DNA of 64,000 bases from Vicugna vicugna (taxonomy: Eukaryota), in contig MU058009.1 in assembly GCA_013265495.1 (NCBI GenBank), positions 1,614,001 through 1,678,000 on the forward strand, in the 5' to 3' direction. Position 1 is the first letter of the stretch. Each line of letters begins with the position of its first letter. Made by a program: the position numbers and the translations under genes. The notes below the pieces were generated by a model. The model worked only from the letters and a program-made list of their open reading frames with translations. It was not told the origin of the DNA and ran no database searches. Of this stretch, positions 35,571-49,834 are shown piece after piece.

Positions 35571-38500
35571 TCCCTGAGATCCAGCGGAAGGTAGGAGATA
35601 GGGGAAATCACATAGAAGTCTTCTCCGCAGAGCAGCCTGGACCCTCTATTTACCGGAACTGTCTCCATGGAGAGATAAGGAGACTGATCATGCCTAATTT
35701 AAAAATCTCCTGATTGGGTGACCTGCCCAGTTTCGGCCCCACTTGAGAAATTCCAGTACTGCCTGATCAGGAGAGAAAACCACAGACCTGTATTCGTTTT
35801 AAGAGTCACAGAAAAGCTGTAGTTCAAATTCAGGAGGAAGATCGCGTTGGTGGTACCTCTTTGGAGACAAACACCTTAGGTCTTGGCTTCGTCACATGTT
35901 AGAGTTGGGTGGGGTCTCTTAGAGATAGTCAAGTCCAGCCCTCCTTTTTTCAGAGGGAAAAAATGACTCTGAATGAGTAAGTCATTCTGCTGAAAGCCAC
36001 ACAACCCTAAAAAGGCAGCGTCAGTCCTATAGACCCGCGGCAGTCCCGGAGAGCTGACCACAGCTCTCTCCGGCGTCTCCTTTGGGTGTACAGATACCAC
36101 ACTGCAAGGGAAGTCATTGCCATCCAGCTCCATCTGTTCCCAGACACTCTTGAAAAATGCAGCAGGAGACAGGGTACACGGGAACAGATAGATGATCAGA
36201 CACCATTTCTAGAGATTAACAATCTCCCCTGCACTGAATGTATTGTCTTTGAGCGAGTACAGGATAACCAGGCGAGCACTCCCTGTGGGAGACAGCTTGG
36301 CGTGGGCTGTCAGGAGAGAAAGGGTCTGGGTTGGCTCTATTGCCGTCTGCAGTTTCTTTAGACTGTAATTATGAACCATTCAGCTGCATCTGCAGCCCCA
36401 ACAATGCGGGATGGATGGGCCTAATCCACGGGCCAAGCGACATTTTAAATCCACCAGCTTAGACATCACGTATTCCTCCAGCAGCAGGGCAGGCTCTGCT
36501 CACACAGAAAGAGGTGAGGAGCTGCCGGTCCAGCTGCAGGGTCCCGAGGCTTCCTCCACACCAATGTGACCTCACTTCCTGGAGGTGAACCAAACACCTT
36601 CCCGGGATTTTTCTCCCTCCTGGTCTTGGATTGTGCAGAATGCAGGCTACCCTGTGAACCTCTGGGGGTCACGTAATGTGGATTCCAATTTAAGTTGTCC
36701 TAAATTGACCTCTTGAGGAGGCAGAGGGATGATGGCATTAGCACAAATGGTGGAAGAACCAATGTTCTTTACTAACATGGCAGAAGCAGAGAACCCAGCT
36801 CCTAGCAGGGAACTCCAGACCCTGGGAGACCAGGATCCTGGCCCCCTCCCCGCGCTGCAGGTGGTTTCAGCTGGTGGAGGGCTAAGGCCTTCCTCTGATC
36901 TTACCCTGCTTTTTCTCTTCGGTTACAAAGACAACACCAGACTTCAAAACAGATGTTCTCTGCAGTTGTGGTCTGAATCCTAAATGAAGATAATTTTATT
37001 GTGGAATCTTCCTCCTTCTTTCCCCCTTTCATTTTGAAATGCCAAATTGATTGTCCCAAAGGACTAGCATTTCCCACCGTAGAGATGAAGGCGCAGAGAT
37101 GGAGTGGAGAACGTCTCCATCTTGGTCTCAATGCTGGAAGTTAGGCAGAGAAGTCAGATCGCACTAGAAGGAGACACAGCTCTAAGAGGGACAGGGAAGA
37201 TGGTACAGTAGGAGGCAGTAGCGGGGAACTTTTCTGAGAACAGTGGAAGGATGGAGGAGCGGGACTCTACCAGGAGGTAGAGTCACAGCGATTCTGTGTC
37301 CTTGTCCTTCTGGGACTTAAATCTCCAAGATTCCAAAATGAAATGGTCATGTATGCAGTAACTCCCCAGAGGCGATGTCATTGACCTGCATGGCCGACAA
37401 TCAACGAACAACAGTAAAACAATAGGAGATCCTCAAGTTAGAAGAATTGCAAAGCATTCAGAGCTGAATGGAGGTGAAAGGACTCAAGAGGTGGTCACAG
37501 GAGACATAAGGGAAGGTCCAGGTGAACATCTATACCACACACAGAGGGGATTTCTCAGTCTATCCCTGACAGGGACATTTCCTGTAGGCAAAGATTTCTC
37601 CTCCCCAATCCCATAAGGTGCCCCTCTTTGCCCAGGAGCACCAGCGCACCCCAAGTGAATGTCTGAATGTCACATCTACTCCTACGCTCCCTAAAGGCAG
37701 CCACTAGTTTCTGTCCTCTCCAGTGCTCAGCTCAAGACAGTAGGAGTTCAATAAACTATGCTGATTATTTAATCAATGAACAGATAACTCCCCAACATTC
37801 CAAATACGGATCTTGAACTCAAATATCAGTCTTTTTTTTTTTAATTTTTGGATCTAATGTGAGACTCAGAGTTGCCCAAAGCTTAAGACAAAAGAGTTAA
37901 CCATGTGACTTTCCCAACTGAAAAGGTCTTTTTATCAAGTGTTACTCGGCCCTTCTCACCACCTGCCTCCCATGCCCTTAAGGAAAATGTTGTTTAAGGT
38001 CACCACATTCATTTGATTTTTCATCTGAGTATACATGGGTTGTAGAGTTGGTGAAAAATGGCATTTGGCTTACCGCAAAGCATGGAGGTTTATTGTCTGT
38101 CATCAGTGCGAACTTTTAGACAGCTTACTGCTCCTGTTGTTGGCAGCAGTGTGCAAGAATTTCTGAACTTTAAGTTGAATCTCTCATTTCACTGATTATC
38201 ACGAAGGTAAGGAATACAATCGTTAGATCCGTTATTCGAAAGGTAAGAGAATACATGAAATGGTCCCAATTTTCTCCATCTTTGTGAGGAAGAATAGTTA
38301 GACACTTTACAGGGAATCCAGTTCCTGTTGCAAATCCCGTCCACCTTCTCAAATTTACAGTAACTTGTCAGGTCCCCAGAAACAATGCATTTTTTAATAT
38401 TGTTTGGCCGTGCTGCGGACACCTCTCCTAGTGAGGAAGGGGCTGGGAGTGGGGAGGGCAGGGAAGGTCAGCTGAGCCACTGGCACCTCGCAGGTGACAC

Positions 38501-40209
38501 CAAGACACATAAAGAAGGCCTACAGCTCTTGCTGGCTGGACGGCGGCAGACGGCTACTCTCTGTACTTAATTGCTTATATCCACTAATGGATAATAGAAA
38601 TGTTGCAACGGAAAAACAGGCTTTTTTTAAACCATAGATTTTAAGCCATAGAAACCAGGGAAATAATGGGTTTGGTTAGGATCCACCATTGCAGCTAAAC
38701 TGCGATGAGGGTCAGGAACACACTCTGTTGGACATCACTTCCTCCAGAACTAGTTCGGCAAAATCGGCCCAAGAGAAGGTGGAATGTGTCACACTGAGAA
38801 CATCGTACTGGCCAGGAAATACAACATTCTCTGAAGCCGTCATCCACAAATGTCTCACTCAGGCATCTATTCCTACCTTAACTTCAGCATCCTTCACCAC
38901 ACAACATTTTACAGCATAATGAATTTATACAATTCCTCCCTTTGCCAGTCGCTTTGGACTAGAGGGAGTGGAATGCAGAGCACTTTCTAAGTCCCCTGCT
39001 GTTTCAAATCTCTTTTTGTCTGTGTGCTGTCCCCCTAAAATGTGCACAGAATCTGACTTTCACAAATGTGCAGGAAAATAAATGTGTAACAACTCCAGAG
39101 CGTTCAGGGTAATGATTCCAATTTAGCAGATACTGAGCACCAGACTTGCCACGCTCGAAGGTTGACAGTTTGAGAAACAGCCTCAAGAAGGGATATGTCA
39201 ACTTCTCCGGGACTACAGCTCACATTTAACTCTCTGTTCTTCAGGGCCAAAGACACGAAGCCCTCTTTCATTTACGAGAAGCCAGCTGGGCTGACTCCGC
39301 GCGCTGCATCACCCCTGGCAAAGGAGGCGGAATGTAGGGGATGGCCCTGGCGATGACGCGTGAGGTGGAACAGACCCCAGCTCACATCTCATCTATCTGG
39401 ATTGGCTCCCGTACAATGAAAACCTTTCTTCCTGCACGTCGGTGAAGAGGAGAGAAGCAAATCCAACACGTGTGACGTGCGAGAAGGCGCCATTTAATCA
39501 GTCAGGCCGGGAAGAACTTTCAAGTGTCCAGGGCTCGAAATGACAGGTAATGATAGGTAACATGGGGAAGGAGGAAAGTGGAAGACATAGAAGTTCTTTC
39601 TTAATGGAAATGCATTTCATCAGATTGATCGGAAACATGTGTTTTCCCCAGACGGGGAGACCATCTTGAAAGACTTCATCACACAAAGGCCTTGGGTGGA
39701 AGCCCCACCAGGGACCTGCTGGGGCGGGGAGGGGGGCGGCCCAGCTGGACGGGGAGCTGGCAGCAGACTGTGGGAGGAAAGTGCAGACGGCAGTCGGTTC
39801 TCTCGTGGCGGGTCCCCAGGAGAAATCCCTTTCCAGGAATTAAAAATTCTAAATAATAGTCAGAATTTTAAAGAAATCGGAAAGATTATAGACTTTTCTT
39901 TCAGGGGATTCCACAGCATCGAAGGAGACCAGATGGCTGGCCGCAGCCATTCCAGCTCAGGGAAGGGCCCGGCATCCACGTACGTATATACCCCTCATTT
40001 CTCATGAGCTAATATTTTTCTCTCTCGGAGAGTATTTCTTTTTAATTGAATGGAACTGAACTGAGGCGTGGAGGTAAGGAGACAATTCCAAATAAACGCT
40101 CCTGCTTCCCAGTAACCCACACAAAGAGCTACAGGTTTTTGCCAAATCCACTCTCAGGCTTTGGTTTCCCACTACAAGGAATGCACTGAAACTCTAACAT
40201 ACTGGAGAG

Positions 40210-40460
40210 GAGGCCGTGTGGTAGGCTGGGCGAGGGGACAAGCCCTGGCAGCAGGTGGACAAGACTCTGAGTCAGCCTGGCCACTTTCCAGCTGTCAGTC
40301 CCTTGGCCTCAGAAAGCCTCAGTTTCCCCATCTGTAGAATGGGGCTAACCACAGTGCCTCGTCCACAGAATTGATCCGACGGTGGAATGACCGTGGGCCA
40401 AGCCCTCTGCGCTGAGTCTGACACAGAGCGAGCACTCAGCACCACGCCGCTGCTACTACT
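40210..40460 (+). mobile_element. MIR
   Basis: agcctcagtttccccatctgtagaatgggg core with flanking MIR text. Confidence 0.7.
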
Positions 40461-42799
40461 AATTTAAAACATCAGACTCTTCACTTTGGGTTTGGTGAAC
40501 ATAAAGTGTTCACGGAAGTTAATCCAAGCTGTGGTATAGAGTGTTCTCACAAAGAGATTAGGACATGGTGGGCCCATTAACATCATGACATAATCATAAA
40601 GATCATTTTAAGTCTGAGTGCAAATTACACCGATCTGGACAGCAGCCTCCTTGGATGAAAGGAGGCTGATTCCCATTACACAGACGTGAAACATTGTCGT
40701 GAAAGTTCTAAATATGGTCACAGCCACGTCCCACACTAGCTACGCAGAGAGGAATGTTCATCCTCTGGGACTCCTTCCCATCCTGGGTTCTCCCCACTCT
40801 GGGTTGTAGGTTTGATACTCAATCAATGATTTCCTACCAGCTGAGCAAAAGAAGATCTCAAGCAAATGGCATCACTGTGTGGCTTTTGAGTTGGCCACTA
40901 ACATAGCAGAATCTTACACCGTCTCCAGCACATACCCTGGATCTTGCTGCTTAAGGCGTTCCCTGGACATCCCACTTTAGACAGGACCCCAATGCATTCA
41001 CTTCATGCAAGTCTTTTCCTGTGTTATCCCCCCTACAGTTTCCCTGGCCATCTCTTTTTCTGACAACCAGAAGTTTTCCAACAACTTAACTTGTGCCGTC
41101 AACCTGAACCTCTAACCATCTCTGAAGGTGCCGTCCACATGCGTTTGAGTTACAGGACCCATGAGGCATCCCCTCCGAGCTTGGATTTGCCTCCTGGAAT
41201 TCAGACCAAGTGTTTCACTTGCTTGCGTCAACTCGGCGTGCTGACCAGTTGAACCCTGAGGAAGGTATCCCACGGTGCCCCTCCCGCCGCCAGTCAGCAA
41301 CACAGATTTTGCTATTTTGGGGTATCCGCTACCTAATTTGTATTCTGGCACTACCAGTTGCCTGGCATCTGGCCACGAAGGCTGGCAGCGGGGAACACAC
41401 AGAGCCTCCTCACTAGCTGCCTGCTCCATTTGGCAAGATTAATGCCAGATCATCGGGAAAGTGGACTTAATTGGATTTCAGACAGTGTTTAGTTAAGTCA
41501 CCCCACCTCAGCTCCAAGTTGATTAAAGTGTAGCTTTGCCCTTTCCGACAACCATAGCAAATAAATGATGGGGAAGTGCACTGAAATGCACATGGCTGGG
41601 TCCTCTCGCGCTGGCTCGCTCTCTCTCTTTTTTTTTCCTGGTGACTTTGAGGAGGTTTGGGCACGGATCCTGCATTCACAATACAGTTCTTGTTCTTCTT
41701 TTCTCTGCAGAGCAGCCTTGAATAGCTCTGTCTAAAATTATAAGCAGGGGCAGCCCTAGGCTCCAAGAGATCAGAGCCCTCATGCTGGGCCTGAACAAAG
41801 ACGCTGCTTTTTCCCAACAATTAGCCCTGCAGAAAAGGACATCTATCTCCCTCTATTAAAACCACCACGTGCCTTCAAGTCAGCCCATTGTAAGGCTAAT
41901 TAAATAACACGCCTCTCTCCCATGCAGGTCTCCTGATTAACGTTCCCCTGTCCGGGGCCCCTGCAAAGCGCCTGAGAGATAGACAAGCTAATGTTCCACT
42001 CCTGCGTTCCCCCGTCACCAACGGGCGGCCTTTGAAAAGCCACCTTGTCGGTACCGTCGGGCTGGTTCTTGCTCCGTATTCATTCATGGCCCAGACTTGA
42101 GTCATCTCCAGCTTAAAGGAATCGACAAAGGTTATATCATTTTAAAAATTAAATGATTTGGGAAGGCTAACTTTCTGTCGCCACAGGAAATCTTCGATGG
42201 GAATCCACCCACATCACAGTCTGAAAGTGATGCTGCGACCCCAGGAGAGGAGCGTTTCTGAGGGACTCTCCAGGGAAGTCGAGGAGCCTGGGGGAGACGC
42301 AGCCAAGATGGTGCGGGCTGCCCTCCCTCAAGACCTGCGTGAAGCGGAAGCACAAACTTCTCAGAAAGGTACTATATGGGAAAGCAGAGATACCAGAGAA
42401 CATTTCAACCCATTTTTTTTCCCAACATGATGCAGAGATAACAAATGCCTTGAAAGAGTCTTGATGGCAGATGGAATCCAAGCATAGCCAAATAACCCAT
42501 CTATCTGCCCTGTTTTACCCTCTTCCCCCAGAGGGTGCCTGCTTTCCAACAGTCTGGACTTGCTGGAATCCTTTGAATAAGCCTTAGTGCCTCATCACTT
42601 TGTGCACTTTTACAGGACTTGCCCTTTCTGGGAACCCTGGTTCACCTGTCCCACTCACCCGTCAGGAAACAGCAACAAACATCACGCCCACCCCCATGAG
42701 GGCTTCCTGGATCTTCTGGATAAAACTGAGCACTTCCTCCTTTGCACCCTCACAACAAGCCGCCTTCACATCAGCACATGCAGGCTTCTGACTGGACAC

Positions 42800-42970
42800 T
42801 TACTGCCTTGCTTCAGATCATCTCAGCCCTTCCATGGCAGGAACCATATTCTATTCAAATTTTAATTTCCAGCTTACAACGTGGTCACAGAGTAAATGCT
42901 TAATAAATGTTGAAAGAACAGCTAAGAGAATCAGTGAATGAAATAATGAATAAACGGAGAATGAATAAAA
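42800..42970 (+). mobile_element. L2 3' end
   Basis: ggcaggaaccatatt...cacagagtaaatgcttaataaatgttgaaagaa...tgaatgaa tail. Confidence 0.6.
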
Positions 42971-45900
42971 AAAATTTGATATTAAAAGTGACCTGAGATG
43001 GTAACATCAGGCCTGCTTCCAGCTTCACTGCACACGGCCCTGTGCGCTTGGAAAAGGGCATTATTATTTTAAGACATGCTTCTCTCCATCTGAAATCGTC
43101 CAATCCTGTATACATGCATGCACCTATGCACGCCTTTCAGATACAAAAATCTTACACTAATAAAATGGAAGGAGACCAGGCCAGCCATTTTTGAAGGCTC
43201 TTCAATAGTTCTAGAGCTTAACTCTTCACACCAGCTTCAGTTTTTGAGGCCTGTAGCTCATTTAATCATTGGCCCATACAATCCTTCCAAGTGTTTAAAA
43301 GAACTCACCAACCTCCCTAGGTGTCCTGCACAGACGAGTGGATGACTACATTATAAAGTCATCTGACATACAATTTAAATTTCCCATGAAATACTCATGG
43401 GCCTCAAAATTAGCAGTTAAAAAAAAATTAAAGCACTTGGCAAAACAGAATCTGAACTCTGCCAAACCCCCAAACATTAAAAAAAAAAAAAAACAGCCAA
43501 AGTCATTGAATGATTCCCATCCCTTAGCCACAAAGCCTGGTAGCCAAAGTCACTCCTCGGTGGTTCTTGTATAAGTTCACGTCCACACAGGACGACATTC
43601 GGGTCAGTTCTTCCTTTGTTATTTTACCATCACAATCCCAACTTCTAGAAGGACGTGTCTTGCTAACGTTTGAGGGTGCCTTTTATGTAGAGAGAGAGCA
43701 AGGTTTGATAAAGACACAGAGGAGGATTCCAAGATCTTGCAGCCGTAAGTAATCATATCAGAAAAAGAATGCATAAGCTCCAGCCTAAGACGAAGGGAGG
43801 AAATACTGCCAGTCGTTTGGCAGTCACTTTGTTCTGGCAAACCTCCCACTTGCGAAAGTGGAATGCCCACTTTATAATGATCATAATGGATTGAAAGCTG
43901 TAAAATTAGATTCTGGCTGGCAATAACCTCTTTATTACTTGCCTTTACCACAGAATGCCTCAATTCTCAGACCTGGCCTTAAGGAAGACTCATGCAAGAC
44001 CTCTAAGATCTGTGGAAAGTGAGATCATAAATGAAGATGAACAGATCTGTTTTTATATAGCCCTTTCTCCTGAAGGTACCACGTGGCGTGAAGCCACTGA
44101 GCCTTGAGCATGTAAAAATCACACCGGCTAATTTATCAGGGGCAGGTCAAATGAATGACGTGGCAGAAAATAAACTGTTCACAACAGAGATAAATAGAAA
44201 ACATGCTGGAAAGAGAAGAATGGAAATGAATGTAGATTGGAACGCGTAGTATTAACCACATAGAAATAGCAGATACACGCAGTCAGTGCTCTTCGATCAA
44301 AGAGTAGGAACGTACGAGAAGCAACGTGCTTGGTAACGATGAGTACTGTCTTGAGGATAGTGGTGCATGGGCAAACGCAATATTATCAGCTTCTTAGAAA
44401 ATGGCGCACATCGTATGTATAGAAATAGCTGCCTTCTAAATCCATTTGCGGTTTTGAGCAATATCGAAAAGCATAATACAGACAACTCAAGGCCGACAAG
44501 TAGCCTCTCACCAGGAGCGGGAAGGGCTTGGACCTGACTGTAAGGAGCAGTCGTCAGTACCTTCCAGTTAGCAGATCATTTGAGCAGCGGCTTCAGGGTA
44601 AGCTGGCCACGTAACTCTACAAATGGGATCCCTTCGAAGAGCAATTAGGAGATCTGGGGTCACTATGAATCCTTTTTGTGCCAAACCTCGGAACAGAATG
44701 TGAGCAAGCATGCTTCCTTTCCTCTGATTGACAGAACAGAAATGTTTTACCTCGTAGAGCCTGGAAGGTCACCTCCATCAAGATCATCTGACATCATCTC
44801 TGAGAAATGTCCGGGAGGAGGACAAGCCCCTCCAGCCCTCACACGCCGCATCTGGCCAGGGCACAGAGACCCTCCAAGCAGGCGTGACTCCGGTCCAAGT
44901 CAGCTGGACCAAACACTGAAGACACACATTTGCACAACGCTTGCAGATTATTCCTATGTCCCAAAGCATGCTCACCTACCACTCAGAGATGTGCAAATGC
45001 AGTTTTCTCCTGCCAAGCCTCTTGTCATCATTGGTCAGGTTTTTTATTAGACCTTTTATCACTTATGTATCACAAACCATCTGTGTCATTATTTTCCCAC
45101 CAAGAAAGTGTGTCTGGGGGAAAGGAGGGGAGGCGTGGTGTGGCAGAGAGAAGAGAATTAATGCATTCGTTCCTACACAGCTCCACCCAAAAGAGGAATA
45201 AGTGAAGCTGTCACTGGGAGGTGAGTGCAGGAGGACCCCAACAGATGTATCTGCCTGAGCTCAAGGATGAACCCGAGGAGGAATGAAATCAGGATTAAGG
45301 GAGAGGGGAGGAAGGCGGCAGCTCCCGTCCCAGGGGAGCCAAGGGGCGAGGGAAACTGACATGAAGTAGACTCTTGCGCTCAGAGCCTCAACCTCTGCCT
45401 CCCACGTCCCTGCAGCTGCAGCAGGAAAATGCGGGGAAACAGAAGTAAGAGCAGCTGGTCACTGAACACATATTTCTAATAGCATTTTCCCCCCATTTAT
45501 ATATGCATGTTGGGATGTTATAATAACAGGTTCCAGTGGAGACTCCAAGACAAGTAGGACTTGGCATTTTAGATATACAGACAGTGCATTCTGGGAAATG
45601 TGCCATTGCTGTAAAGTCACGGACCCCAGATTCTTCACCGAAGTTCAAGTGAGCATCTGAAAGAAGAGAGAGAGAGCAGGGATGGCGGAGAGGACGTGGA
45701 GGGCTGATTTCAGGTATGCTGTGTATTGACATCTCCAGCGTGAGAGGCATTTCCGCTTCTCTTGGAGTCAAAGTGGTTATTCCTTCAAGATACCCAAATT
45801 GAACACGTTAATGTTTTTAGAAGTCTTGTGTGTGGTTAAACTCTGTCAATTCGGGATGTTTTCCCAGACAACTGTTTGTGACCTTTTCTGAAACTGATCA

Positions 45901-46254
45901 AAGATAAGACAAAAAGGATGAAAAGGAAATAATATTAATGCCTTGGCAAACACACTTGTGTTAAGTTGAGATTTACAGAATTAATTCATAAAATGATGAT
46001 GCATTATTCCTTAAAAAGTCTGTTGAATTTTTTTCTTCTTGAAATTAAAATACACTGATGTAACTTTAAAATAAAATGTTTGTCTTGGTTTAATTGTAAT
46101 ACAGGCAGTAAGGGGAAGGTGTTTGGAGATGAGGAAATTGATAAGCTGTTCAGCACAACTAGGTTTTCAGATTTTGCATTCTTCACAAACTGCACACATA
46201 ATGGCTGCTTTCTGTTGCCTCTTTCTGCTTACTGTCATTTCACACAGTTGCTTG

Positions 46255-46500
46255 AGGCCCAGCACGGTGTTTAATAGTAGGCTACAGAGTCAGGCTGATC
46301 TGAGCTGAAATTCGGGGTCTATAACTTACTACTGGTGTAACTTCTGGCAAGTTTCTTCAGCTATGTAAAGCTCAGCTTCCTCATCTATGACATGGGGCTA
46401 ATAATAGCTCACAGGATGCTTTGGTAAGATTCAAATAAGATAATAAATGTAAAATATTTGACAGTATCTGGCTCAAAAGAAATAACAAATGGCAATTTGG
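46255..46500 (+). mobile_element. MIR
   Basis: ggcaagtttctt...ctcagcttcctcatctatgacatggggctaataatag...gattcaaataagataataaatgtaaa. Confidence 0.75.
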
Positions 46501-46711
46501 GGGTATTTTTCAGGCTAAAAAAAAAATCACATTCCAAAGTAGACTTAGAACTCAGATATTCTCAACCCACTAAGTTCACTGTAAATAAAAAAAATACTCA
46601 TTTATCATAGTGAGCAATGTTAAAGAACCACTTGGTACAAATTATTATTTATGCCGTAGATTAAGAAGACAGTTCATAAATGTAGGTGGTTTGTATTTTA
46701 AAATATCTGTT

Positions 46712-48052
46712 TATGAGATGCCAAGACAGTGAGAAAAAAAAAAAGTCTTCCAGCAAACAGTGCTGGGACAATTAGGTATACATATGCAAAAGGGAAAAAT
46801 GGACCCCTTTTCATACTATACACACAAATTAACTCAAAGTGATCCTAGATCTGAATCTAAAAGCTAACAGAATAAAACCCTTACAAGAAAGTAGAAGAGT
46901 AAATCTTCATAACCTTGGCTTAAGCAATGATTTCTTAGATATGACACCAAGATCACAGACAACACCACCACAAAACAAAAAAATGGATAAATTAGGCTAA
47001 TCATAACTAAAAACTTTGGTGCTGCAAAATATAACATCAAGAAAGTACAAAGGCAACTCATATTAGTGGAGAAAATATTTGCAAATCATATATACATATA
47101 TATCTGATAAAGAACTTAAGTCCAGACTATATAAAGAACTCCTAGAATTTAATAAGAAAAAGACAATCCAATTTAAAAATGGGCAAAGATTTGGACAGAC
47201 ATTTCTCCAAAGATATACCGATGGCCAATAAGTGTATGTAAAAATGCTCAAGATCCTTTATCATTACGGAAACAAACGCAAATCAAAGCTACAATGAGAT
47301 ACTCCTTCCCATCCGCAATGAGAGCTTTCAAAAAGACAGACAATAATAAGCAGAGGTGAGGCTACGTAGTTATTGGAGCACACATACATCGCTGGTGGGA
47401 TTGTAAAATGGTGCAACCAGTTTGCAAAACAGTTGGTCAGCTCCACAAACAGTGAAACACATAGTTTCCATATGACCCAGCAATTCCACCTCTAGGTACA
47501 AGCCCAAGAGAAATGGAAACATGTTCACACAAAAACTTACACGTGCAAGTTCATAGCAGGATTATTTATAGCAGCTACAAAATGAAAACAACTCAAAGGT
47601 CCATCAAATGGTGGATAAATAAGTCATGGCATGTCCATAGAATAGAATAGTATTCAGCAACTAAAAAAAAAAATGAAGTACTGATACATGCTACGTGCAT
47701 GGACCTTGAAAATAGTCAAAGATGTCAGTCGCAAAAGCTTGCATGTTATATGGCTCCTTTTATAGGAGGAGTCCAGAATGGGCACGTTTACAAAGACAAA
47801 ATTAGACCAGTGGCTACTGGGGCGTGGGGGCGGGAGGGATGAGGTAGAGTGGGACCGACTGCTGATGACTGTGAGATTTCTTTCAGGAGGGACAAAAATA
47901 TTCTAGAATTAAATTGTGGTGATGATTGTGCAATACTGTAAATATATTTAAAAACCTTAAATTGTACACTTTAAATGAGTTAAATGGTATAGTGTATGGA
48001 TTATATCTCAATAAATCTTATTTCAATAAAGTTGTTTTCAAAAAAAAAAAAA
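46712..48052 (+). mobile_element. L1 3' fragment (ORF2 end + 3'UTR + polyA; L1MB7/8-like)
   Basis: aattaactcaaag...gacatttctccaaagatatac...tatgacccagcaattccacctctaggt...aattgtacactttaaatg...ctcaataaa...A13. The reading frame is degenerate. Confidence 0.9.
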
Positions 48053-49373
48053 GGAATTCTGCTTTTCCAGAGGTGAAACAAGACAAATGAAAGAGAGAAA
48101 GAATTTCCAATCATCCAGCAAAGTCTGCCCAGTGGAGTCTGTGAACATCATCCCAAGACCATGTGCTTACCCGAAGTTCAGTGGGAAAACATCTCACATT
48201 TCCGTGACCTTCTTTTCTAAACTTCCTAAGTGGCTTAAAGAGCGGCTGCCCGGGAAACTCCAAATGGAACCTAAAAATATTATCTCCAGGCTTTATAAAC
48301 AGCAGCAACACTAATGAAGTGAGCAGCGATGGACCAGGGAATGGAACGTTTCACTCAGGTTGTGGGGCACGAGCTGGGGGTAAACTCATCTCTGGAGGCA
48401 GAAACTCAGGGCTGGGGGAGGTGGAAACCAGCACGGGGGAAAGCAAGAAAGACAAACAAGAACCAGGATACATAAAGCAGAGCAAGAGGGGCCACTATTC
48501 TAAACATCAGTGAAACAGCCCCTTTGCAAATCAAATGCTCGGTCCTCGTTCTGCTGACCAAGTTTGGACAAAGGGATGATCTTCAAGGCGAACTCCCCCC
48601 ACCTTCACTTTCACACAACTTGGAAAGAGGCCATAGGGAACCCCGGCTGTGTCGGTCTCCCCTTACGGGGAATCTGCAGCAGAAATATTGTCCTTGTCAT
48701 CCCCGCTCCCCTGGGGCTCACTCGACTGCCCTGAGTCGCTACGTCTGCCTCAGCTCCCCATCACGGTCATGCTGGTGCTCCTTCAGGACAAGTGTGCCAC
48801 CCTACATCTCACGCTCCATAAATTTGCTGATTAATGAGGGACAGAACAAAAGGGCTCTAACCGAGGTCACCAAGACCCTAAGCCAAAAACCTTGAATTAT
48901 CTCTGGTCCAACTGAGGACCAAGCCACCAGCCACCCACCACTAGCTGTGATGACTTTGGGCGACCAGGACACAGATGCTGATCACATCCTCTGCTCCATG
49001 GCAAGTACTGGGCTAGGTGAAGGGGACACAGAGCAAATGGGGAAACGTCCCTTGGTCTTAGCAGGAGAGGAGCCAGAACACAAAGAGCCTTCTGGAACAA
49101 TCTTTGGATCTTGTTTTGAAGGAAAGGTTTTGGGGGTTTTGCTGTTTTTTTAATTTAGCGACTTAATTGATTTTAAAATCCTGGGTAGTTTTCACAGTCA
49201 GACTAAGAGATGAGTTTCATAGCCCTGGGCTATTGAACAGGGTGCCTTGGAGAGTTCCGGCGCCCTGCCAGGTGCTGAGACACGGTCCTGCCCTCAAGGT
49301 GCGCGCTGACTAACAGGGAAGACGCAAATCAGTGACTGCAACGCAGTGCGATAACCTCTGCAACACAGGTGCG

Positions 49374-49406
49374 CACTGACACCGACACCGACACCGACAC
49401 CGACAC
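49374..49406. repeat. (CACCGA)n hexamer tandem repeat
   Basis: cactga followed by caccga x4 and cac. Confidence 0.9.
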
Positions 49407-49514
49407 GGGGGCCTGGACCAAGGAACTGGCAATAGTGATAGAGAAGACGGGATGAATTCAGGAGATACTTAGAAGATAAAGCTGCAGACTTGTGAGCATC
49501 TAAATATGAGGACA

Positions 49515-49834
49515 TAGGGGACTTCTGCTACTTTTATCTCCCTAGAATTTCTCCCCTTCTTCCAGTACAGGACCCCTCCCACCTCCTTTCTGCTAAAGCA
49601 AAGAGCTACAGAGAGGAGGAGAAGGAAGGGGAGGGGGAGGGGCAGTGAAGGAGGCGGAGGGGAGAAGAAAAGAAGGAATTGATAAGATTATTTGATTTCC
49701 TAAAGATCCCCAGGCTGGCTCTTCTAGTGGGCTTCTCAGTTCTGTAAGTCAATAAATCCCCTCTTAAAATGAAGTTAGTTGTTTAATTGGCAGGTTTCTG
49801 CCACTTGCAAACAAAAAAAGACTTGACCAGTGCA
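49515..49834 (+). mobile_element. Old ERVL/MaLR-type solo LTR fragment
   Basis: The 3' end aataaatcccctc...aagttagttg...ggtttctgccacttgcaaacaaaaaagacttgaccagtgca is typical of MLT1/LTR16-type termini. Confidence 0.6.
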
